In this document: positions 36,932 to 45,949 of the stretch, piece by piece
Layout: the number at the start of each line of letters is the position of its first letter
How positions within the stretch are numbered: position 1 is the stretch's first letter
NCBI GenBank assembly: GCA_902597385.1
Contig: CACJXQ010000001.1
Coordinates: 137,371 to 201,370, forward strand
Direction: 5' to 3'
From: an uncultured Pseudomonadota bacterium
GTDB taxonomy: Bacteria > Pseudomonadota > Gammaproteobacteria > Ga0077536
DNA: 64,000 nucleotides
Program-made: the position numbers and the translations under genes
The notes under the pieces: model-generated
Databases searched by the model: none
Told to the model about the DNA's origin: nothing
The model's input: only the letters and a program-made list of their open reading frames with translations

Positions 36932-37397
36932 GAGTTTTTAGCTCCTTCCTGAGCTGTAGATCTAAAATCATTTTAATGTGTTTTATTCCTTCCTCAATGA
37001 AAGAAGTCCCCTCTTCAAGAAATCCTTCTTTCTCGTAAAAATCCTTCGCCTGCATTTGGCTATGTAGAACAAGCCTCTTATTTAATTCAGGTTTTATCTC
37101 CCATTCGACAATAATCGCTTCAATCAGCTTAGAGCCGATACCGTGATGACGATTATTTAATATTACTGCCATACGCTCGATTTTATATTCTGTGGGCGAT
37201 ATTTTTCTCAACCTTCCAGTACCAACTGGTATATTAGCGCTAACGCACAAAAAATGTTGTGACTCATCATCGAAACCGTCGAATTCAGCTTTAGGATTGA
37301 CTTTTTGTTCTTCGCAAAAAACCTCTCTTCGAATTTGTCGACAAAAGGAGAGTTCCTCTTCAGTGTCTATTAATTTTATGTGCATATTAGGATACAT
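36924..37397 (-). CDS. GNAT family N-acetyltransferase (ElaA/YjcF-like)
   Basis: RREVFCEEQKV and RHHGIGSKLIE (acetyl-CoA loop). The likely start is ATG at 37397 or 37385, although the ORF extends to 37454. The stop overlaps the P450 start by 8 nt. Confidence 0.75.
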   Translation of the reverse strand: MYPNMHIKLIDTEEELSFCRQIRREVFCEEQKVNPKAEFDGFDDESQHFLCVSANIPVGTGRLRKISPTEYKIERMAVILNNRHHGIGSKLIEAIIVEWEIKPELNKRLVLHSQMQAKDFYEKEGFLEEGTSFIEEGIKHIKMILDLQLRKELKTHE

Positions 37398-37523
37398 GAT
37401 GGAAAATAGGTTAGTAATATTTAAGATGTTTAGGCAAAAAAACAATTCCCCCATTTCGAGTGGATGACAGCTGGTGGCTGAAGTTGATTATAATCTACAT
37501 GGTTAGCTGCCTTATGCAATCGA

Positions 37524-37548
37524 AAATTTCTGGAGATTCCAGAAATTT
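37524..37548. promoter_or_regulatory. Perfect 11-bp inverted repeat with 3-nt spacer (candidate operator) in the GNAT/P450 - GST divergent region
   Basis: AAATTTCTGGA-gat-TCCAGAAATTT read directly, 57 nt upstream of the GST start codon. The repeat itself is certain; a regulatory role is not. Confidence 0.4.
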
Positions 37549-37604
37549 AATACATACCTTCAATTTTTTGGAAGTGATTGAACGCAACCATAGGAGTTAA
37601 ATAA

Positions 37605-38306
37605 ATGGCTAATATAACGCTTTACACCGCACCCACTGCAAATGGATACAAGGTTTCTATTGCGCTTGAAGAGTTGTGTTTAGAATATGCTGTTCGTCAT
37701 CTACATTTTGAAAAAAACGAACAAAAAACTAAGGAATTTCTGTCCCTTAACCCGAATGGTCGAATTCCTGTGATTGTTGATCACTCTTCCAATGATTTCG
37801 TGCTTAGCGAATCTGGTGCTATTTTAATTTATCTTGCTGAAAAATCAGGAAGGCTGATACCAGAAAACGAGTATCTGCGTTTTGAGGTGTTGCAGTGGGT
37901 AATGTTTCAGATGAGTGCGGTTGGACCCATGATGGGTCAAGCAATGTTCTTTCAGAGGATCGCTGCTCCTAAAGGTATAGTAGATGATTATGCAATTAAC
38001 AGATACGTAAAGGAATCACGGAGGCTATTAGAAATAATTGATCATAGAGTATCGGATAGAGAGTATATTTGTGACGAGTTTTCGATAGCTGACATAGCGA
38101 TATTTCCTTGGGCTAGAGCACATCGCTGGGGGAATATCGACGTGTCCGACTTAGTGCATTTATCGCGTTGGTTCGAATTGATGGAGGCAAAAGATTCAGT
38201 TCAGAAGGGTATCAGAGTCCCCAGTGGCAAATACCCAGTAGCATTTTCGAGTGTTGCTGATCTGTCGGAAGCAACCCGCCTAAATTCGGAGAAATATGAG
38301 GCTTGA
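37605..38306 (+). CDS. Glutathione S-transferase (Nu-class YfcG-like)
   Basis: ITLYTAPTANGYKVSIALEEL, NPNGRIPVIVD, SESGAILIYLAEK. 233 aa. Confidence 0.8.
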   Translation: MANITLYTAPTANGYKVSIALEELCLEYAVRHLHFEKNEQKTKEFLSLNPNGRIPVIVDHSSNDFVLSESGAILIYLAEKSGRLIPENEYLRFEVLQWVMFQMSAVGPMMGQAMFFQRIAAPKGIVDDYAINRYVKESRRLLEIIDHRVSDREYICDEFSIADIAIFPWARAHRWGNIDVSDLVHLSRWFELMEAKDSVQKGIRVPSGKYPVAFSSVADLSEATRLNSEKYEA

Positions 38307-38315
38307 TTGAGCGGC

Positions 38316-39569
38316 TTAAAAATTCAATAAAATATCAGCTTGTAGTACATTCTGACTTACGTTCGTATCGTAGTCTTCGGTAGAATAAAAATCTAATCCT
38401 AATCGGAGGCTCTTATTTAATCTGTATTGCAACTCGGCCTCGTGCCCTTTGATCCCCGTGTGTCCGTTAAATCTATCGGAATCAGGTAAAAAATCGGGTA
38501 TGGAGTCATGTTCTAACTTCGCGTATAAATATTTAAATTTCCACGGAGATTTCAATATTTGAAAGCCTACTGAGTATGCCAGGTTTTCGTGACTATTTGT
38601 GTCTACATTTTTCACCATGTCGCCAATTAAAGCGTACCTATAAGTGCCTTTATAAGAAACAAATTCTCCGGATAATTGAAAAGCATTCAGGTTATTATCT
38701 GTATTTGTATTCGAAGAGTGCTGAAAGATTTGGGAAACTTGTGACTCGTTCATATCTGCATAAAGATATTTAGTTCCTGCGAGTTTAAATTGCAAATTCT
38801 CGGATTCAAAAGAATGTCCTAGCTGGAGATATACTAGGTAAGGATCGTCGGATGAATTTTGCACTTCTTCTAACACCCAAAGCCCTGAGCTAGCCCAAAA
38901 AGAACCGAGTTGAGCGTTAGTGGAATAATTTGCGGATACTCCTTCGGGATTGATATCAGAATCCCACATAAGGTCGGTCGCATTCCATAGATACTTTTTT
39001 CGATTAAACTTGCCGGCGACCCAAGAGATGTTTGTCCTCTCATTTTCTATATAAGCATAATCTAAAAGGATATTTTTAGTAGAGAATGTGTCTCCTAAAT
39101 CTACGTTAGATCCTCTAGGGTTATCGCTTCCAGAAGTAAGTCCGATCCCAGCTTCCCAGCCCTCTGTGGGTTTCCCAGTCACACCTATTTTTCCTCGTAA
39201 TCTTCCTCTGTGGCGACTATCCGGGGCCTGAACCCCAGCCACCGTCCGGTCCTCCAAATGATTGTATTGATAACGAACTCTAACGTTCCCGTGAATTTGT
39301 AATTTTTCTTCTTCTTTTTTCTTCTTTTTTGTTTGGGCTATAGTAGTTTTTTCGACCTTTTCTTTCGATCCGGAAATTTCCTTAGATGCATTTAGCAGAG
39401 ATTCGTATTCATCCTGGGACAGTGTACCTTTGTCTTTTAAAACTTTGAGGAGTTGATAAAAGGCTTCTCCCTGAGCACTTGCTTCCAATGCAAAAAATTG
39501 AGCAGAAAAAATAAGGGGAATAGAGAATAGGAGTTTTCTCAAGAGCCCGGAATCTGACTTTATGCTCAT
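38316..39569 (-). CDS. Putative outer-membrane porin
   Basis: Signal peptide, Lys/Glu-rich linker, alternating beta-strand pattern, C-terminal ...ADILLNF (terminal Phe). 417 aa. Confidence 0.55.
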   Translation of the reverse strand: MSIKSDSGLLRKLLFSIPLIFSAQFFALEASAQGEAFYQLLKVLKDKGTLSQDEYESLLNASKEISGSKEKVEKTTIAQTKKKKKEEEKLQIHGNVRVRYQYNHLEDRTVAGVQAPDSRHRGRLRGKIGVTGKPTEGWEAGIGLTSGSDNPRGSNVDLGDTFSTKNILLDYAYIENERTNISWVAGKFNRKKYLWNATDLMWDSDINPEGVSANYSTNAQLGSFWASSGLWVLEEVQNSSDDPYLVYLQLGHSFESENLQFKLAGTKYLYADMNESQVSQIFQHSSNTNTDNNLNAFQLSGEFVSYKGTYRYALIGDMVKNVDTNSHENLAYSVGFQILKSPWKFKYLYAKLEHDSIPDFLPDSDRFNGHTGIKGHEAELQYRLNKSLRLGLDFYSTEDYDTNVSQNVLQADILLNF

Positions 39570-39584
39570 GAAATATTATCTGTG

Positions 39585-40160
39585 CTATTTCCTTTCTTGG
39601 AAAAAAAGGTTGAACGATACCGGGACAGATTCCGCTATGGAGGAGAGTTTTGCTACCACTCGCAACGCGTCTATCCCTGCACTTAAATGGTGAGCGGAAG
39701 CATTCACTATAACAGGGCGAACACTATCCACCCTTACTGCACCATCCTTTTCTAATGTTACTGCTACATTAGCCTCGTTTTCTTGTTGAAAGCCATGTAA
39801 ATCAATAGAGAAATTTTCTTTTCGTTGTATTATTTCGCCTACCGAAGCGCCTTTGGAAAATGATAGATCGATTTTTGATGTGACTAGGGCATTTGCAAAT
39901 TTCGATGTTTCAAATAGCATCTTCTTCATTCTTTCGTTACGGATCGGGATTTTTGTCTCGACACTACTTAACGGGATTTTAATTTCTAAGTTTCCTTCAT
40001 CATCTATTGTTCCCGAAAGATTCCGAAATTCGTGAGTTTCAGCGATGGACAAATTTTTGATAGATATGAATGAGATTTCAGATCTGGATTCATCTAATAC
40101 CCAGCCAGCTCTACTAGTTAACGGTAAGAGAACGATAAGAAAAAATATAAGACGCATCAA
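39585..40160 (-). CDS. YceI family periplasmic protein
   Basis: Signal peptide then WVLDESRSEISFISIK. 191 aa. 15 nt upstream of the porin gene. Confidence 0.7.
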   Translation of the reverse strand: MMRLIFFLIVLLPLTSRAGWVLDESRSEISFISIKNLSIAETHEFRNLSGTIDDEGNLEIKIPLSSVETKIPIRNERMKKMLFETSKFANALVTSKIDLSFSKGASVGEIIQRKENFSIDLHGFQQENEANVAVTLEKDGAVRVDSVRPVIVNASAHHLSAGIDALRVVAKLSSIAESVPVSFNLFFQERK

Positions 40161-40262
40161 TTTGCTCCCGTTTACGCTTAAGTTAATTGTAACAAAAACT
40201 TCAGTATTGTGATATTTGAGTAATTATTTTAGGTTGAAATTTGATGGTGTATTAGTAAATGA

Positions 40263-41252
40263 TTAAATCAATGCTTCCTTCAGACTTTCGGATATATGCA
40301 TACCGCTGAGAAAGCCATCTTCAATGTTTTGCCCTAAACACCAATCTCCACATGCAGCAAGTCGGAGTGTTCTGTCGATATAACTTGCCGAGTCTGCTGG
40401 GGTTTCTGTAACTGCATGGCGCCAAAAGTGAAGGTCAGACTGCTCTATGTACTCGTGGTCTAATCCCGTTAATTCGCAGAAATTCTTCTCTAAAAGATCC
40501 TGTACGTGCTGCTTGTCAAGGTGAACATTATCTTTCGCCCAGTCATAAGAGCTGTGTATTACATAGGTGGGGATAGGACTTCTTCCTGGTTTAGAAGAGT
40601 TTTCGGAAATCCATCTTATTATGTTTCCTTGCACCGAAGCTGCTTGTATCAGAGGTTGTACTTTCTTCGCAGTTTGCAGCATGAGAGTATAGCATGGAAA
40701 CATTTTTACTTTTTTCAGGTTAAGAGCGCTCCCAAAAGAGTCAGGGTAAAGTGCTAAAATTTGTGCGGCTGGCATGGCGGCTACAACCCAGTCGAATGCA
40801 AGCGGTTTTTGCTTATTAGCAAAGTGAAGATAGTTTTTATTCCCAACAGGTTCTACCTCTTCGACAGTCATCGAGAGATTGACATTTAAATCTTTTGCTA
40901 ACTGCTTACATAAACTAGTCATCTTTGGAAAGCCAATATAGTGCTCTTCGAACCAGTATCTCTTGTGGGAAGTGCCATACTCAGAAAAACCAAGCACTTT
41001 AGGCTCCCACCTAGCGACTTTGTCGCTACTGATGAATGGCTTTAGGAATTCCTTGAATTGCTTCGTCCGAACAGTAAAGAACTGAGCTCCATGATCAAAG
41101 TAATGATCTTCTTTTGAGCGGGTGGCCATTCGGCCCCCGACTCCTGTAGATTTGTCGTAAAGCTGTATTTCACCTTTACCCTGTAAGTTTCTTGCTACGG
41201 TTAATCCTGTTATTCCCGAACCTATAACCGCAATTTTTCTTACCTTTGGCAT
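40263..41252 (-). CDS. NAD(P)/FAD-dependent oxidoreductase (renalase-like amine-oxidase fold)
   Basis: Dinucleotide motif IAVIGSGITGLTVA...YDKSTGVGGR. 329 aa. The start overlaps the nei stop by 13 nt. Confidence 0.75.
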   Translation of the reverse strand: MPKVRKIAVIGSGITGLTVARNLQGKGEIQLYDKSTGVGGRMATRSKEDHYFDHGAQFFTVRTKQFKEFLKPFISSDKVARWEPKVLGFSEYGTSHKRYWFEEHYIGFPKMTSLCKQLAKDLNVNLSMTVEEVEPVGNKNYLHFANKQKPLAFDWVVAAMPAAQILALYPDSFGSALNLKKVKMFPCYTLMLQTAKKVQPLIQAASVQGNIIRWISENSSKPGRSPIPTYVIHSSYDWAKDNVHLDKQHVQDLLEKNFCELTGLDHEYIEQSDLHFWRHAVTETPADSASYIDRTLRLAACGDWCLGQNIEDGFLSGMHISESLKEALI

Positions 41253-42040
41253 GTTGGGCAGAAGTACAATCTTCGGGAGTTAACATATATTTTTTTGATT
41301 TTAGTACTGCAGAGTAAACATTCTTTTCCGGCTCTAGCAAAAACCGAAAAGCGGCTCTTTGCTTTTCGGGATTTCCGGAGGCTTGCAGTTAGAGTGGACC
41401 CATTGCTCTTGTAAGACCGTCTGGCAACGGTAAGGGAGTGCTTCGCGAGCTTTCTGATGGTCTTATCATCTAGATTTTTGGGGATCTTATCTCCTCTGAG
41501 ACCGGCAAAAAAAAGAATCTCAGACCTTAAGTAATTTCCTATTCCGGCTAAAAACTTCTGATCTAAATAAAGTGAGGACAGTTGACGTCTACTGAATCGA
41601 CTTTCTTTCAATCGTTTAAACACAGCTTTTTCGCTCACTTCAGAATCCAAAACATTAAGACCTAGGTTTGCTAAGTAAGTATGATTTTTGAATTGTTCCC
41701 TATCCAGAAGCTCAATCATAGATGCGCTATATAAAAGTGCTTGGTGATCAGAAGTTACAAGGGATAACCGTAATTGACGGTTGGTTTGAAGGCTTTCGCC
41801 CGCAGGGATTACGAACCACTTTCCATACAATTGGTTATGGGAGTAAATGTATTTTGAACCAGGGAATTCTATTAATAGAGCTTTTCCCATGCTAAATACA
41901 TTTTTTACCCTTTTTCCGTGAAAAAGCGCTAGATTTTTGTTTAATTCTGGGTATTCAGCCCAGATTTTCTTTATGACTTTCCCGGTCAACGCGCTGGAAA
42001 TTATGTCGGCTTCGCGCCGAACTTCGGGCCCTTCTGGCAT
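41240..42040 (-). CDS. nei: Endonuclease VIII (Fpg/Nei family DNA glycosylase)
   Basis: MPEGPEVRR N-terminus (catalytic Pro2) at ATG 42040; the ORF extends to an upstream TTG at 42061. H2TH region and C-terminal zinc finger CLLC-x16-CPTC. Confidence 0.85.
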   Translation of the reverse strand: MPEGPEVRREADIISSALTGKVIKKIWAEYPELNKNLALFHGKRVKNVFSMGKALLIEFPGSKYIYSHNQLYGKWFVIPAGESLQTNRQLRLSLVTSDHQALLYSASMIELLDREQFKNHTYLANLGLNVLDSEVSEKAVFKRLKESRFSRRQLSSLYLDQKFLAGIGNYLRSEILFFAGLRGDKIPKNLDDKTIRKLAKHSLTVARRSYKSNGSTLTASLRKSRKAKSRFSVFARAGKECLLCSTKIKKIYVNSRRLYFCPTCQR

Positions 42041-42181
42041 AGGTACATACCTTAACAACAAATAAATAATACGATTTTTGATTGAAAATGGTTTGTCTAG
42101 CAGATAACCCCATTATTCCTAGTTTTGGAAAATATATTCGTCACACGTATTAACTCGCCGTTACAGAATCAATGAAATCCA

Positions 42182-42946
42182 CTATTCAATATAGGGGATG
42201 GCTTCATCTACCATTTTCCAAATCTGATATCCTGCGGGTTCAGTTTGCTCCTCGAGTATGTGGCCGACGAGGCCCGCGCATCGCGCAATTAGATTGAAGC
42301 CACGAGCAATTGAGGGAGGCATGTCAGCCTCTAGTAAAACAGCTCCTATTGTAGCGTTCACGTTAATCACTATATTTTTCTGGCTTACTTCTTTTATAGC
42401 ATCACCCAAGAGATACATTGCATCCAGAAACTCACCTTTCGCGCCCGCCGACCGGGCGATTGATTCTAGGCGTTTTACACGGGGGTCTCCATTGATGTGT
42501 ATTGGATGTCCAAAACCTGGTAAGAACTTACCTGATGCATTAAATTGAGACGCAATATCCTTTGCTTCCTTTTTTCGCTCCTCTGAAGGCTTGTTCACAA
42601 TCTTCTTCAAGAGCTCCGCAGCTTGATCGGCAGTTCCCACAAAACGTGACCCTGCACCCAGTAGCCCGGAGGCTACCGCACCTTGTAGAGATTCAGGGGC
42701 TCCTAGGTAGGTTACACGGCTTGCTATAGCGGATGGAGTGAGGCCGTGTTCCATTATGCACACTAGCACTCCATCGACGACCGCTTTTTGTAACGATGTG
42801 GCATCTTTACCTAAAAAATGAAAGACCACGAACTCCCCAAATGACATTTTACCCATTAAATCGTCACAAAGGTTGCGACCGCGCACCCATATGTTGTCGA
42901 CATCACTTGTGCATAGTCTAGTCACAGGATCTTTTTTCTTGTACAT
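42182..42946 (-). CDS. Citryl-CoA lyase / short citrate-synthase-like family protein
   Basis: 254 aa. IMEHGLTPSA, GFGHPIH, ARCAGLVGHILEE motifs of the citrate synthase fold. Confidence 0.65.
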   Translation of the reverse strand: MYKKKDPVTRLCTSDVDNIWVRGRNLCDDLMGKMSFGEFVVFHFLGKDATSLQKAVVDGVLVCIMEHGLTPSAIASRVTYLGAPESLQGAVASGLLGAGSRFVGTADQAAELLKKIVNKPSEERKKEAKDIASQFNASGKFLPGFGHPIHINGDPRVKRLESIARSAGAKGEFLDAMYLLGDAIKEVSQKNIVINVNATIGAVLLEADMPPSIARGFNLIARCAGLVGHILEEQTEPAGYQIWKMVDEAIPYIE

Positions 42947-43003
42947 CGTATATTTTCCAATTCACTTGTTCATCAGAATGTCTAAGTTTTAATTGCCCTA
43001 TAT

Positions 43004-43474
43004 TTAAGCCGCTTCCTCCTGTGGCCATTTGTCTTTCCAGTCTTTTTCAAATTCGGCTGTGGTGATTGCTTTTTTCAAGGTTAGATCGGGGTTAAGAAGC
43101 TCATAGATAACATCCGAATTAGTCTTCATGCTGAAGAAAATGATTGCCTGTTTATCACCGCTTCCTTCAATATGTACTTCCCCCTCTCCACCTATCGAAT
43201 AGCTTCCTGCTGGCTTGATATTAATTTCTTCTTTCCCGTCGACGAGTTCTCTCACTATCAATTCGCCTTCTAGCACCATGGTTGTAGTTGTTGCTACATG
43301 TCGGTGATACATACATTGGCTATTAGGTTCAAATTTCACGATCATTTCCGCTAAGCCGTTTTTCACATCAACATGAAAGAGCTTATAAAAGCAGCCTTCA
43401 GTGATGAAGGGCTTCCAATCGATATTAGAGGTGTCGTACTTATACTTTATTTCGTTCGTGGTGTTAGAGTTCAT
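43004..43474 (-). CDS. Cupin domain protein (ChrR / dihydroxyacetophenone-dioxygenase-like)
   Basis: 156 aa. MYHRHVATTTTMVLEGELIV cupin motif. Confidence 0.55.
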   Translation of the reverse strand: MNSNTTNEIKYKYDTSNIDWKPFITEGCFYKLFHVDVKNGLAEMIVKFEPNSQCMYHRHVATTTTMVLEGELIVRELVDGKEEINIKPAGSYSIGGEGEVHIEGSGDKQAIIFFSMKTNSDVIYELLNPDLTLKKAITTAEFEKDWKDKWPQEEAA

Positions 43475-43617
43475 ATTAGATTTGCTCCGTTGAATGATTC
43501 CTTATCTTTTAAAGTTTAGATCGAAATTTTACCATGCGTTGAATATTATAATTTAGACCAAAATGACACTAGTATATATTAGTTATAAATTCCTTCTTAC
43601 AAATAAGGCTAGAAATT

Positions 43618-43639
43618 CTAACCTCTAGCTAGAGGTTAG
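43618..43639. promoter_or_regulatory. Perfect 22-bp palindrome covering the probable Shine-Dalgarno of the MFS gene
   Basis: CTAACCTCTAG|CTAGAGGTTAG read directly and self-complementary over all 22 nt. It ends 7 nt before ATG 43647, and the right arm contains AGAGG. Confidence 0.45.
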
Positions 43640-43646
43640 TTCAAAT

Positions 43647-44888
43647 ATGCAAAGTCCAATTCGCCTTACTGAATCTTCATATGCTTGGAGTCGTCTATTC
43701 GCAAGCTTATTTATTTCTACGGTTGGTAGCGCGGGGATGTATCTTGTGGTGATTATTTTGCCAGAAATACAGAATGATTTTGGCGTTTCACGAGGGGCTG
43801 CTTCATTTTCATATACTATGGTGATGTTGGGATTCGGGCTCGGCGGCATCCTATTTGGGCGGTTGGTGGATCTGCATGGGATATTGAAACCACTCATGAT
43901 ATCGGTTTTGGCTCTAGCGACATCCTTTGTTGTTACGGGTATGGTTCGAACTATTTACATGCTTTATTTAATGCACTTTATGATAGGTTTTTTCGGATGC
44001 GCAGTTGTTTTTGCGCCTTTGGTATCCGATATATCGAAATGGTTTAATAAGCGTCGAGGGTTTGCTGTTTCTATTTGTGCATGTGGGAATTTCTTAGCCG
44101 GAGCTATTTGGCCACCGCTTTTTGTGATAGCGCTGTCATCAGTGGGTTGGCGATTAGGCTATATTTATGCAGGAATTTTAAGCTTATTGATGATGCTTCC
44201 GGTCTCGTTTTTTTTGCGCCTTCCTTCACCTCAAAACGCTGGTTCAGAAAGTTCGAAGGGTAGTGTGGGGGACGCCGACACTTTTGGAATGAACTCCAAC
44301 CAATTGACTGGTGTTTTGTGTCTCGCGGGTTTGGCATGCTGTATTGCAATGGCAATGCCTACCGTGCATATCGTCGCCCTATGTTCTGATCGCGGGTTCG
44401 GGATTGCTGTGGGAGCGAAAATGTTATCGGCGATGCTTTTTTTCGGAGTTATCTCTAGATTGGGTTTTGGTTATATTTCAGATAAGTTGGGTGGGTTACG
44501 CACAATACTTATTGGATCAGGCCTACAAGCTATCGCGCTAATCTTTTATTTGTTCGCTGAAACATTGCCTGGTTTATTCGCTGTATCGGTGATATTCGGA
44601 TTGTTTCAAGGGGGCATAGTACCTTGCTATGCGTTGATTGTTAGAGAATATTTTCCGAGCTCGGAAGCGGGAGTCAGACTTGGTGTTGTAATATCTGCTA
44701 CGGTTTTGGGTATGGCGATAGGTGGCTGGATTTCAGGGGCCATCTACGATTGGACGGGTTCCTACAGCATGGCATTAGTCCACGGTATTGCTTGGAACTG
44801 CGTAAATTTCTCGGTTATTTTATTTCTTTTGTATAAATTATCCTCTTTTATGCGCAAAGAAATTTATCCTCTTCGAATTAATGAGTAG
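43647..44888 (+). CDS. MFS transporter (oxalate/formate-antiporter-like subfamily)
   Basis: 413 aa with 12 predicted TM helices. GRLVDLHG loop 2-3 motif. Confidence 0.85.
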   Translation: MQSPIRLTESSYAWSRLFASLFISTVGSAGMYLVVIILPEIQNDFGVSRGAASFSYTMVMLGFGLGGILFGRLVDLHGILKPLMISVLALATSFVVTGMVRTIYMLYLMHFMIGFFGCAVVFAPLVSDISKWFNKRRGFAVSICACGNFLAGAIWPPLFVIALSSVGWRLGYIYAGILSLLMMLPVSFFLRLPSPQNAGSESSKGSVGDADTFGMNSNQLTGVLCLAGLACCIAMAMPTVHIVALCSDRGFGIAVGAKMLSAMLFFGVISRLGFGYISDKLGGLRTILIGSGLQAIALIFYLFAETLPGLFAVSVIFGLFQGGIVPCYALIVREYFPSSEAGVRLGVVISATVLGMAIGGWISGAIYDWTGSYSMALVHGIAWNCVNFSVILFLLYKLSSFMRKEIYPLRINE

Positions 44889-44918
44889 CCAAATATTTAT
44901 AAGAAAAGCGTAGGTAAT

Positions 44919-45908
44919 TTAATCAATAGCATTAAAAAGTCGCTCTTTCGGATACTCGGCTCCCGCTACGTGTTGAATAGTAGCGAGGCGAACCATCTGA
45001 TAAGTGCGGATCCTGAACGCTGGGTCACAAGACATACGCACATAAATATCTCGGGGTGGGATCTGATACTCCTCCTCTAACCATTCCATAAGATTGGCAG
45101 TGGCATCATAAATAGCATGTTCCATCGGCCGGTTGATCCCAATTGCTACTATTGAATTAGGCTTTTCAATTCTAACACAGGGTAGTTGCTTATTTTTAAT
45201 CACCTGACACCGTAGTTGTACGGTTGCTCGAGTTTCATCTGCAATTCCTGTGAATTCTGTATCTCCTTGGCCACCGTGTACATCGCCAATGTAAAGTAAG
45301 CCTCCTTGGTTATAAGAATTTAAATAAATAGTATGATCTGGACAGACGTCTCGGCAGTCAATGTTGCCCCCAAAAGGGCCTTGTCCAAGAACTGAGGTGA
45401 AAACCTCTCGTTCTGGTGCGGTCGCAAGCGTTCCTACAAAAGGCTCTAGTTTCCAAGTGAGGGAATCGGAATACTTTCCAAACCCATCTCGAGTGAATCC
45501 ACTCGGGCCTGGTAAATGTTCAATTACATGAACATAGCCCTCACTACAGTCTTGATACCTAAGAGAATCACCAAGAGGGCCCATTTTAGGTAACACACCT
45601 GAAAAGCCATAACGCCAAGGGTCTATCCAGTCGATGTTGACAGCTAATACATCTCCAGCCTCGCAGCCTTCTATAAAGATAGGACCAACTACCGGATTGA
45701 ATAACCCCGGTGAAGCTTTTGCGAGGGTTGTGAAATGTTCACTATCAAACCCGTGTACTTTTGGATTATCACTATCATCGGCCACCATTCCAGAAAGCGC
45801 ATCGTCCGTTTCAACTTGGAATGGCTCGTTCTCTTTTACCCTTAAGCATGGCGTATCATTTTTATCAAAGGCATATTTTTGTACCGCGCCCCTTTGTATT
45901 TTCTGCAT
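44919..45908 (-). CDS. Acetamidase/formamidase family protein
   Basis: GPIFIEGCEAGDVLAVNI motif. The likely start is ATG 45908, preceded by AGAGGAA (the ORF extends to 46007). Confidence 0.75.
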   Translation of the reverse strand: MQKIQRGAVQKYAFDKNDTPCLRVKENEPFQVETDDALSGMVADDSDNPKVHGFDSEHFTTLAKASPGLFNPVVGPIFIEGCEAGDVLAVNIDWIDPWRYGFSGVLPKMGPLGDSLRYQDCSEGYVHVIEHLPGPSGFTRDGFGKYSDSLTWKLEPFVGTLATAPEREVFTSVLGQGPFGGNIDCRDVCPDHTIYLNSYNQGGLLYIGDVHGGQGDTEFTGIADETRATVQLRCQVIKNKQLPCVRIEKPNSIVAIGINRPMEHAIYDATANLMEWLEEEYQIPPRDIYVRMSCDPAFRIRTYQMVRLATIQHVAGAEYPKERLFNAID

Positions 45909-45949
45909 ATTACATTCCTCTTTTTTGGAAAAATAATTTAAAGATAGAT

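Noticed and set aside
39301-39335. T/C-rich simple repeat (TTCTTCTTCTTTTTTCTTCTTTTTTG)
   Set aside because: It lies inside the porin ORF and encodes the Lys/Glu-rich linker (KKKKKEEEK). It is not an independent repeat element or a CRISPR array.
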